Shown: one piece after another, positions 40,958 through 49,360 of the stretch
How the letters are laid out: the number at the start of each line of letters is the position of its first letter
Position numbering within the stretch: position 1 is the first letter of the stretch
NCBI GenBank assembly: GCA_944388565.1
Contig: CALXJG010000001.1
Coordinates: 20,313 to 84,312, forward strand
DNA: 64,000 nucleotides
Source: an uncultured Clostridia bacterium
Lineage (GTDB): Bacteria; Bacillota; Clostridia; TANB77; CAG-465
Reading direction: 5' to 3'
Made by a program: the position numbers and the translations under genes
Notes under the pieces: model-generated
What the model saw: only the letters and a program-made list of their open reading frames with translations
Databases searched by the model: none
Told to the model about the DNA's origin: nothing

Positions 40958-41587
40958 TTATGCAAAAAATCTGTTATATAATTCTTCTGCTTTCTTAAAA
41001 TTAAGCACACTAAAAAAGTTATCAATATATTCATTTCTTCTATTGTTGTATTTTAAGTAATAAGCGTGTTCCCAAACATCAATAACTAGTACAGGGTATA
41101 GATTTAATTCAAGTGGTGTATTTTGATTTGCTGTAGTTATTATTTTTAGATTTTTATTCCTATCAATTACTAGCCAAGCATAACCTGAACCAAACCTGCT
41201 CAAAGCTGCTTCTTTAAATTTTTCTTTAAAATTTTCATATGAGCCAAAATCTTTTTCTATTTTTTCTGCTAGATTTCCTATAGGTATAGAATTTGTATCT
41301 TTACTACTTAATAAGCTAAAAAACAAATTATGGTTATATACACCACCAGCATTATTTCTAATAGGCGTTTGTAAATTATTTGGAAGACTATGTATATTAC
41401 ATAAAAAAGTCTCCAAATACCAATTATGAAATTCAGGATATGGTCCAACTATTTCATTTAACTTATCAACATAAGCTTTTAAATGTTTATCATGGTGTAG
41501 TTTCATTGTTGCCTCATCAATATGTGGCTCTAATGCGTTATATTCATAAGGTAAAGGTTTTAATTCAAAAGGGTATCTATTACTCAT
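40958..41587 (-). CDS. Fe/Mn superoxide dismutase
   Basis: FELKPLPYEYNALEPHIDEATMKLHHDKH..., DVWEHAYY motif. Confidence 0.9.
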   Translation of the reverse strand: MSNRYPFELKPLPYEYNALEPHIDEATMKLHHDKHLKAYVDKLNEIVGPYPEFHNWYLETFLCNIHSLPNNLQTPIRNNAGGVYNHNLFFSLLSSKDTNSIPIGNLAEKIEKDFGSYENFKEKFKEAALSRFGSGYAWLVIDRNKNLKIITTANQNTPLELNLYPVLVIDVWEHAYYLKYNNRRNEYIDNFFSVLNFKKAEELYNRFFA

Positions 41588-41696
41588 ATTTCATCACTCC
41601 ATAGTTTAAATATATGTTAGCCAAGCTAATTTATGAAAAATATATTTGTTAAATAAAAAAGAATATGATAAAATATATATGATATAGGTGGTATTT

Positions 41697-42416
41697 ATGG
41701 ATATAAAAGATTATAAATTAATTGCACATAGAGGGTTATATAACAATAAAGAGGGAATAGTAGAAAATACAATTAAAGCTTTTAACAAGGCAATAGAAAA
41801 AGGTTATGCGATAGAATTAGATGTACAAATTTTAAAAGATGGTAATTTAATTGTATTTCATGATGATAACTTATTAAGGCTTACAGGGATAAATAAAAGG
41901 GTATATGACTCAACATTAGAATATATAAAGAGTGTAAATTTATTAAATACTAATGAAAAAATTCCGACACTTAAAGAAGTTCTTGACACAGTTTTAGGTA
42001 AAGTTCCACTAGTTATAGAAATAAAAAGTGGTATATTTTCACATGGTATAGAAAAAAAGTTATATGATGTATTAAAAGAGTATAATGGTAAATTTTGTAT
42101 AGAATCTTTTAATCTTTTTAATGTATTATGGTTTAAAAATAATGCACAGTCAATTCCAAGAGGCTTACTTACTACAAAAGATTACTCAACACTCAGAAGG
42201 CTTTTAATATCTATAACAAATAATTTAAGTTTTGCGGATAAATTGTTAAAATTAGATTTCTTAGCTTGTAATTACAAAAATATTAATCCTAAATTAATAA
42301 AAAGAATTAAAAATTCTAATATCCATCTATTTGCTTGGACTATAAATAATGAAGAAGAGTATGAAAGATTAAAAAATCTATGTGATGGAATTATTTTTGA
42401 AAATTTTATTCCTTAA
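41697..42416 (+). CDS. glycerophosphodiester phosphodiesterase family protein
   Basis: IAHRGLYNN...ENT, IELDVQILKDGNLIVFHD. Confidence 0.75.
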   Translation: MDIKDYKLIAHRGLYNNKEGIVENTIKAFNKAIEKGYAIELDVQILKDGNLIVFHDDNLLRLTGINKRVYDSTLEYIKSVNLLNTNEKIPTLKEVLDTVLGKVPLVIEIKSGIFSHGIEKKLYDVLKEYNGKFCIESFNLFNVLWFKNNAQSIPRGLLTTKDYSTLRRLLISITNNLSFADKLLKLDFLACNYKNINPKLIKRIKNSNIHLFAWTINNEEEYERLKNLCDGIIFENFIP

Positions 42417-42582
42417 ATTTAAGATATATGTAAAATAACTTGCTAGTTATATCTTACATATATTTTTTTGTCATATTTTGTCATATTTTTTGTAATAAAA
42501 TTGTAAGGAAAATAAAATAAAAATTGCTTGAAATGAAAAAATCATTGTAATATAATCATAGTATTATGTATGGGGTGATTTT

Positions 42583-44055
42583 ATGAAAATTGGTTTTGAT
42601 AACGAAAAATATTTAGATGTACAAAGTAAAAAAATAAGAGAAAGAATCGAAATGTTTGATAGCAAACTTTATCTTGAATTTGGAGGAAAATTGTTTGATG
42701 ATTATCATGCAAGTAGAGTATTACCAGGTTTTAAGCCAAATGCAAAGATTGAAATATTAAGACAATTTAAAGATGATGCAGAGGTTATATTTTGTATAAA
42801 TGCAAGAGATATTGAAAAGAAAAAAATAAGGGCAGACTACGGTATAACTTATGATAGAGATTTAATAAGATTAATAAAAGAATTAAGAAAACTTAAAATA
42901 TTTGTAAGTAGTGTAGTAATAACATTATATACTGGACAAGCAAGTGTAGAAAAATTTAGAGAAGAGCTTGAGGAGATGAAAATAAATACATATATACATA
43001 CTCCTACAAAAGGATATCCAACAGAAATTGATACTATAGTTAGTGATGAAGGTTATGGAAAAAATGAGTATATAAAAACTACTAGAAAACTTGTTGTAGT
43101 AACTGCTCCTGGCCCAAATAGCGGTAAACTTGCTACTTGTTTATCACAACTTTATCATGAATATAAAAGGGGAATAAAGGCAGGTTATGCAAAATTTGAA
43201 ACATTTCCAGTTTGGAATTTATCACTTCGTCACCCAGTAAATGTTGCATACGAAGCTGCTACTTGTGATTTAAAAGATGTTAATATGATTGATTCATTTC
43301 ATTTAGATGCATATGGAATTAGTGCGGTAAATTATAACAGAGATATTTCGACTTTTCCAATTTTAAAGAATATTTTATTTAAAATAACTGGAGAAGATAT
43401 ATATAAATCACCTACAGATATGGGAGTAAATATGGTAAAAGATTGTATTATAGATGATGAAGTAGTAAAAAAAGCTGCTTGTGATGAAATTATAAGAAGA
43501 TATTATGCTGCATTATGTGATTACAAACAAGAAAAAGTAGATGAGGATGCTCCAAAGTCTATCAAAGTTTTAATGAATGAATTAAATCTTTCAATTGAAG
43601 ATAGAGACGTTGTTGCTCCTGCTTTACAAAAAGCAGAACTTGAAGATAAGGATGTAATTTCTTTAAAATTACCAAATGGAAAAATTATTACAGGCAAAAA
43701 AACGGATATATTAAGTCCTGCTAGTTCTTTGATAATTAATGCAATAAAAGAGTTAACTAAGATACCAGATGAAATGTTTTTATTATCACCAAGTGTACTT
43801 GATCCTATACTAAAATTAAAAGAAAAAACAATATATAAAAAACAAACTTGTCTAAATTTACAAGAAGTTTTAATTGCTCTTAGTATATGTTCTGTTACAA
43901 ATTCCATAATTGTAAAAGCACTAAATAATATAGATAAATTAAAAGGATGTGAAGCACATTCTACTTGTATGTTAAAGGAAGATGAATTAAGGATATTTAA
44001 GAATCTTAAAATTAATTTAACATGTGAACCAATTTTTCCAAATGAATTAAATTAA
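42583..44055 (+). CDS. DUF1846/UPF0371 family protein
   Basis: size 490 aa, N-terminal GFDNEKYL...YHASRVLPG typical of UPF0371. Confidence 0.55.
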   Translation: MKIGFDNEKYLDVQSKKIRERIEMFDSKLYLEFGGKLFDDYHASRVLPGFKPNAKIEILRQFKDDAEVIFCINARDIEKKKIRADYGITYDRDLIRLIKELRKLKIFVSSVVITLYTGQASVEKFREELEEMKINTYIHTPTKGYPTEIDTIVSDEGYGKNEYIKTTRKLVVVTAPGPNSGKLATCLSQLYHEYKRGIKAGYAKFETFPVWNLSLRHPVNVAYEAATCDLKDVNMIDSFHLDAYGISAVNYNRDISTFPILKNILFKITGEDIYKSPTDMGVNMVKDCIIDDEVVKKAACDEIIRRYYAALCDYKQEKVDEDAPKSIKVLMNELNLSIEDRDVVAPALQKAELEDKDVISLKLPNGKIITGKKTDILSPASSLIINAIKELTKIPDEMFLLSPSVLDPILKLKEKTIYKKQTCLNLQEVLIALSICSVTNSIIVKALNNIDKLKGCEAHSTCMLKEDELRIFKNLKINLTCEPIFPNELN

Positions 44056-44128
44056 ATTGTTTTAAATAGACTTTACTTTATTTTATTTTCATGCTATTAT
44101 ATATATTATAGTAAGGGGATTGATATAA

Positions 44129-45160
44129 ATGGGAAGATATGAAGATATTATAAAAGATATAAATATATTACTTGCTGATGATGATGAAGATTATATGATG
44201 ATGACTTATTCCTTTTTAAAGCAATTAGGATATAATGTAGATAAAGCTTATGATGGTAAAACAGCTTTAGAAATGTTACAAACAAATAAATATCAAATAA
44301 CTTTATTAGACTATTTTATGCCAGAATTAAATGGTGAAGAAGTTATAAATAAAATAAGAGAGACTAATAAAGAGATAATTATAATATTGCAGACTGGATT
44401 TTCTGGACAAAAGCCACCAATTGAAACAATGAAAAAACTAAATATTCAAAATTATCATGATAAAACAGAAGGTATTGATAGATTAAATTTAGAGCTTATA
44501 TCTGCTGTTAAAATATTTAATCAACAAAGTGAAATAGAATTAACTAAATATAAAACAAGAGCAATTGGTGAACTTATATTTGGAGTTGCACAGGAAATAA
44601 AGTCAAATCTTCTTTCTGTTGGTGCAAGTCTTGAATATACAAATATGTTAATACAACAAAAAAATGAGACTTTTAGCAAAGACCATTTAGAAAAATTAAA
44701 TAAATATTATACTGGAAATAAAGAATCATTACAAAGGGTTGATAAGGTTTTATCTTCAATAATAAATCAGTCTACTGAAAATACTGATTATATTATGGAT
44801 GATAAAGATGTTATGGATATAATATCGCTAGTATTAAAAAATCAATCAAGAACTAGTGGAATAAATTTAAATACTAAAATTTCTTTAAAAGCTGCAAGTT
44901 ATATAAAAGGTGGAATAAATGATGCAATATTTATAATCTGCGAGATTATAAAAGAATTGATGGAGTTAGAAGAAAAAGGAAAAAGTATTGATTTAGTATT
45001 AACTGAAGATGAAAGTTTTTGGTATTTTAATATAAGCAGTGATAAGGTAAATAGTTTACCACCTTCACAATATTATATATTAAATAAGGTAGTAATATCT
45101 ATGCCTGGAACTAATATATATAAAGATGAAAATAAAATAGTTTTATCAATAAATAAATAA
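44129..45160 (+). CDS. response-regulator receiver domain protein with uncharacterised C-terminal domain
   Basis: ILLADDDEDYMMMTYSFLKQLGYNV...LLDYFMPELNG REC motifs. Confidence 0.65.
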   Translation: MGRYEDIIKDINILLADDDEDYMMMTYSFLKQLGYNVDKAYDGKTALEMLQTNKYQITLLDYFMPELNGEEVINKIRETNKEIIIILQTGFSGQKPPIETMKKLNIQNYHDKTEGIDRLNLELISAVKIFNQQSEIELTKYKTRAIGELIFGVAQEIKSNLLSVGASLEYTNMLIQQKNETFSKDHLEKLNKYYTGNKESLQRVDKVLSSIINQSTENTDYIMDDKDVMDIISLVLKNQSRTSGINLNTKISLKAASYIKGGINDAIFIICEIIKELMELEEKGKSIDLVLTEDESFWYFNISSDKVNSLPPSQYYILNKVVISMPGTNIYKDENKIVLSINK

Positions 45161-45223
45161 CTTGCAAATAAAAATAATTTGTAATATAATATAAATGTAT
45201 AAAACAAAAGAAAAGGTGAAATT

Positions 45224-45277
45224 ATGGTAACAAAAGGACGTACAAACAGCATCGAACTACACACACACACACACAAG
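45224..45277 (+). other. micro-ORF MVTKGRTNSIELHTHTHK (17 aa) whose 3' half is an (AC)7 repeat in the loop of a hairpin
   Basis: AGGTGA RBS 45210-45215, ATG 45224; hairpin gaactac-(ac)7a-gtagttc. Confidence 0.3.
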
Positions 45278-45426
45278 TAGTTCTTTATTAAAAAATGAAA
45301 AAATAGAAGAGGTAAAAATTGTAAAAAAAGAAAAATATATAGAGAAGCTAGTTTAAAATAGAAATATTTTAAGCTGGCTTTTTGTACGTAAAAAACCATA
45401 ATGAACCAAAAGAAGGAGGAAAAAAA

Positions 45427-46287
45427 GTGAAAGAAAAGAAAGGAATAAGTCTAATAACATTAGTAATAACAATAATAGTAATAATAATCCTTGCAGCAGC
45501 AGTAATATTAACATTAAATAACAATAACCCAATAGAAAATGCAAAAGAAGCAACATTTAAATCAGATGTAAAAACATTACAATCAGAATTAACAATGTAT
45601 ATAGCAAAACAAACAGCAGATACATTAGGAGGATTTAAAGCAGAAGAATTAAACTTAAGTGAAACAACAACCCCAAAGATAGAAGAAATATTAACAAGTA
45701 TAAAAAGTAGTGGATTAGAAGGTAAAGTAGAAGTACAAAATGGAAAGTTAGTATATACAGGAACAATAGAAAAAGAAGAAAAATGGTTTAAAGAGATAAT
45801 GGGAGAAAGTGTAGTGACACCACCAGAAGAGGAAGATAAAATACCAATAGATAAAGAAACAGAAAAAATAGGATATTATGCAGATGTAGATGGAAATGGA
45901 ACCGTAGATGGAGTAATATATGCAGATTTAGCTTTTTCTAAAAGTGGGCAATGGACTAATGCAAATGGAGCATATTCTTACACAGCAAAAACAAATACAA
46001 AAGATTATTATATAAGTCAAACAAATTATAAAGGAGATTTTGGAACAAAAGATGTATTAACAGCAATAGATGGAGATGGAGAAGATAGATTTTATGTAAT
46101 GGCATTAAAATCATTTAATGATGGAAATGGATTAGAGTATTTTTGGTATGAAGATGCACATGGAAATATGAGTGATTATGCAACAGCGACTTCGATAGAC
46201 TTTGGAACTGGAAGAAGAAATACAGAGACAATGGTGAAAAAGTGGAATAATAGCGCATATGGTGCGCAAAATGCTGGTAAACGGTGA
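45427..46287 (+). CDS. pilin/pseudopilin-like protein with non-canonical class-III-like signal (MKEKKG/ISLITLVITIIVIIILAAAVI) and C-terminal DUF1566; reading frame broken (+1) near 46259-46287, continues 46259-46558
   Basis: GTG 45427 after AAGGAGG; hydrophobic N-terminal helix; frame-2 ORF 46259-46558 encodes GWFVPSRGEWGAF...YWSSSQYS...YVRLS DUF1566 signature. Confidence 0.55.
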   Translation: MKEKKGISLITLVITIIVIIILAAAVILTLNNNNPIENAKEATFKSDVKTLQSELTMYIAKQTADTLGGFKAEELNLSETTTPKIEEILTSIKSSGLEGKVEVQNGKLVYTGTIEKEEKWFKEIMGESVVTPPEEEDKIPIDKETEKIGYYADVDGNGTVDGVIYADLAFSKSGQWTNANGAYSYTAKTNTKDYYISQTNYKGDFGTKDVLTAIDGDGEDRFYVMALKSFNDGNGLEYFWYEDAHGNMSDYATATSIDFGTGRRNTETMVKKWNNSAYGAQNAGKR

Positions 46288-46558
46288 TATATATGACGCC
46301 TTAGATGTGTGGGGAGTAATCCAAAATAAAGTAGCAGAAGGTTGGTTTGTTCCATCAAGAGGTGAATGGGGAGCATTTGGAGATAATTTAAGAATAACAG
46401 AAAATAATTCATTACCCGGACTTACTTACAACTATTGGTCATCGTCTCAATATTCTGATGCTCTTGTGTGGTACATGAGGTCTAGTACTAGGGAGATGAG
46501 ATACTACGCAATAGGTACTAACGGCACATTTTATGTGCGTTTAAGTACAACTTTCTAA
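46259..46558 (+). pseudogene. DUF1566 C-terminal segment, out of frame (+1) relative to upstream pilin-like ORF
   Basis: DUF1566 hallmark W-VPS--EW.....YWSS.......W.........YVR..; lacks own RBS and N-terminal part of domain. Confidence 0.5.
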
Positions 46559-46582
46559 TTTTGTAAATATTTAAAAGTTAAG

Positions 46583-46612
46583 GAGTTAAAGTTTTTCTTT
46601 AACTCTTTTTTC
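46583..46612 (+). terminator. rho-independent terminator; also the likely target hairpin of the downstream group II intron
   Basis: gagttaaag-ttttt-ctttaactc + TTTTTT. Confidence 0.7.
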
Positions 46613-46613
46613 T

Positions 46614-48478
46614 GTATGATGGGCATGTCATAAATCTAGGGTGAAAGTCCCAAGAGACGTATTTGTCGCGAACTCAATAGCAACTTGCAAAGCATAAACC
46701 AGTAATGGAGTGTGAAAAGAAGCAATAGCGAAATCGTGGCTCTATGAATAAGAACTTGATATTAAGGCTTATTAGACGGATAAGTTGCCAGAATACAACG
46801 AAGTCCAAAAGACAAACGTAAATCTAATGAGTAAATCAAGAGAGTAAACGAGGAAAGAGTTATGGCTTATCCCATGAGGTCCTATAAACGAATCAGTAGT
46901 AACAACGAATTATAGGAAGTCAGCAGAGGTCATAGTAGGAACTATTATCCGAAGGACCGAACAATTTATAAGACTATGAAAATCTTGAAATCTCTTGCAA
47001 TTAATCAGAATAAATAAAGATGATAGGTTTAAGCGTATCTTAAATGGGTAATCCAAAAGATGGTATTGCAAGATAACGAAAAGAAAGGAAGTAGACAAGC
47101 TATGAAAGAAGATATTATTACAAAAATACTTGACCGAAACAATTTAAATGAGGCCTATAAAAATGTTAAAGCAAATAAAGGAGCAAGTGGAATTGACGAT
47201 TTATCAATTGAGGAAACAGCAGAATACATAAGACAAAATAAGGCTACCATTGTATGGCAATTGTATAATCGTAAATATCAACCACAGCCAGTGCGTAGAG
47301 TAGAAATACCAAAACCAAATGGTGGAATAAGGAAATTGGGTATACCAATAGTGCTAGACAGAATTATCCAGCAAGCAATGGTGCAAGTATTAGCTCCAAT
47401 GTTTGAACCATATTTTAGTGAATACAGTTATGGATTTAGACCAAAAAGAAGTTGTCAACAAGCTATAATTAAAGCACTAGAATACATGAACGACGGGTAT
47501 GAATGGATAGTAGACATTGACCTAGAGAAATTCTTTGATAATGTGCCACACGACAGATTATTAAGACTAGTAAGTGATGTAGTAAAAGATGGAAATGTAG
47601 TTTCATTGGTAAATAAATTTCTTAAAGCAGGAGTAATGATAAAAGGTAATTATGAAGAGACTACAATAGGAACACCACAAGGAGGACCTTTATCACCATT
47701 ACTATCAAATATTATGCTTAATTTACTAGATAAGGAATTAGAGGCAAGAAATTTACATTTTACAAGATATGCAGACGATACAATAATTTTAGTTAAAAGT
47801 GAAAAGGCAGCAAATAGAATAATGACATCAATAACAAAATTTATTGAAAATAAACTAAAACTAAAAGTTAATATAACAAAAACAAAAGTATGCACACCTT
47901 GGAATTTAAAATATCTAGGTTTTGGATTTTGCAAAATGAAGAAATGGGAATGTATACCCCATAAAGAAAGTAAAAAGAAATTTCAAAGAGCATTAAAACG
48001 ACTAACAAATAGAAGTAAAAATATGTCACTAGACAGAAGAATAGAACAATTAAATTGGACTATTAGAGGTTGGGTAAATTATTTTAGGATTGGAAAAATG
48101 AAGAAATTTCTAGAACGCACAGATGAACACTTACGTGCAAGAATTAGAGTAATTATTTGGAAACAGTGGAAAACACCAAAGACCCAAATAAAGAACCTAG
48201 TCAAATGTGGACTTTCACTAAATAATGCTAGAGGATTAGCCTATTGTAGAAGAGGATATACATTTGTAGCACATTCACAAATTTTGCAAACGGCTATTTC
48301 GAAAGAAAGACTACAAAAACCAAATAATAATCTAAAACGCAGAGGATTAGTCCTTGCTTTAGATTACTATCTAGCTTGAAATAAACTTATAAATTGAACC
48401 GCCCATTGCCGAACGGCACGATGTGGTGGTGTGAGAGGGGATGAAAATTTTATTTAATAAAATTTTCTACTCTACTCG
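46614..48478 (+). mobile_element. group II intron (bacterial class C-like, endonuclease-less IEP); boundaries approximate
   Basis: begins right after terminator T-run with gtatgatgggcatgtcataaatctAGGGTGaAAGTCccAAG (cf. Ll.LtrB 5' GTGCGCCCAGATAGGGTGTTAAGTCAAG); RT/maturase ORF in domain IV; candidate domain V 48399-48429 with CGC triad; perfect 11-bp hairpin 48443-48467. Confidence 0.75.
47102..48379 (+). CDS. group II intron reverse transcriptase/maturase (IEP), no HNH endonuclease domain
   Basis: RT motifs (GIDDLSIEE, PKPNGGIRKLGIP, FRPKRS, IVDIDLEKFFDN, GTPQGGPLSPLLSNI, YADD), domain X (RGWVNYFRIGKM); alternative ATG at 47060. Confidence 0.85.
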   Translation: MKEDIITKILDRNNLNEAYKNVKANKGASGIDDLSIEETAEYIRQNKATIVWQLYNRKYQPQPVRRVEIPKPNGGIRKLGIPIVLDRIIQQAMVQVLAPMFEPYFSEYSYGFRPKRSCQQAIIKALEYMNDGYEWIVDIDLEKFFDNVPHDRLLRLVSDVVKDGNVVSLVNKFLKAGVMIKGNYEETTIGTPQGGPLSPLLSNIMLNLLDKELEARNLHFTRYADDTIILVKSEKAANRIMTSITKFIENKLKLKVNITKTKVCTPWNLKYLGFGFCKMKKWECIPHKESKKKFQRALKRLTNRSKNMSLDRRIEQLNWTIRGWVNYFRIGKMKKFLERTDEHLRARIRVIIWKQWKTPKTQIKNLVKCGLSLNNARGLAYCRRGYTFVAHSQILQTAISKERLQKPNNNLKRRGLVLALDYYLA

Positions 48479-48539
48479 ATTAATAGTTGAAAAAAATTAT
48501 TACATACTATATAATAAAATATATAGATGTGGTGAGATT

Positions 48540-49337
48540 ATGGAAAAAATTGCAATTATTTCGGATGTACATGGTAATATTACAGCATTAAAAGCTGTTT
48601 TTGATGATATAGAAAAAAGAAATATTAAAAGAGTATTTTGTTTAGGTGATATTACTGCTAAATTGCCTAATTCTGATCTTGTAATAGATATGATAAAAGA
48701 AAAATGTGAAGTAGTACTAAAAGGCAATTGTGATGAAATTATTTCATCACCAGAAATAAAAAAAGGAAGATTTTGGACTAGGGATAGAATTGGTGAAAAA
48801 AGAGCTGAATACTTATATAATTTACCAGTTATGTATGAATTTTATTTGAGTGGTCATCTAATAAGACTTTTTCATTCATCACCATTTAGCTTGTCACATA
48901 TTTTTAATCCAATGTTTAAAAATATAAATACTAAGTATAAAGATATACAAATTTCAAGCCCAGATAAGTTATTCGAAAATACAGAGTTTATAGGTAAAAC
49001 TAGTGATGATAAAATACCAGATATGATTGGGTATGGTCATTTACATACGCCAAATATTTTTAGATGGAAAAATAAAACAATTTTTAATCCTGGAAGTGTT
49101 GGTGCGCCTACTGAGATGTTAAATGATTATGAAGTAGATGAAACATCTAAATTTTCTACAATGGCTTCATATATTATATTGGAGGGAGAATATGATTCAA
49201 AAAGTTTAAGTGGAATTTCAATTAATTTAGTAAGAGTTCCATACGACATAGAAAAAGAGATAGAAAATTTAAGAAAATCAGATATGCCAGGTAAGGAAGA
49301 TTCAATACAAATGTTACGTTCTGCTTGGCCTTATTAG
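48540..49337 (+). CDS. metallophosphoesterase (calcineurin-like phosphoesterase family)
   Basis: MEKIAIISDVHGN, GDI, GNCD, GHLH motifs; GGTGAG RBS before ATG 48540. Confidence 0.7.
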   Translation: MEKIAIISDVHGNITALKAVFDDIEKRNIKRVFCLGDITAKLPNSDLVIDMIKEKCEVVLKGNCDEIISSPEIKKGRFWTRDRIGEKRAEYLYNLPVMYEFYLSGHLIRLFHSSPFSLSHIFNPMFKNINTKYKDIQISSPDKLFENTEFIGKTSDDKIPDMIGYGHLHTPNIFRWKNKTIFNPGSVGAPTEMLNDYEVDETSKFSTMASYIILEGEYDSKSLSGISINLVRVPYDIEKEIENLRKSDMPGKEDSIQMLRSAWPY

Positions 49338-49360
49338 TGTATATATTTAGAGGGTGAAAT

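Noticed and set aside
45353-45556. poly-leucine 67-aa minus-strand ORF
   Set aside because: Antisense to the pilin-like gene's hydrophobic segment (complement of Ile/Val/Ala codons). Artefact.
46262-46266. gtgcg pentamer that could be read as a canonical group II intron 5' end (GUGYG)
   Set aside because: It lies inside the DUF1566 coding continuation and ~840 nt upstream of the IEP ORF. The region 46259-46558 has protein-coding character and is followed by a clean terminator. The intron more plausibly starts after the terminator (~46614).
46259-46558. ORF-track 99-aa ORF treated as an independent gene
   Set aside because: No RBS. Begins mid-DUF1566 domain. Overlaps the end of the upstream ORF in +1 frame. 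Interpreted as frameshifted continuation.
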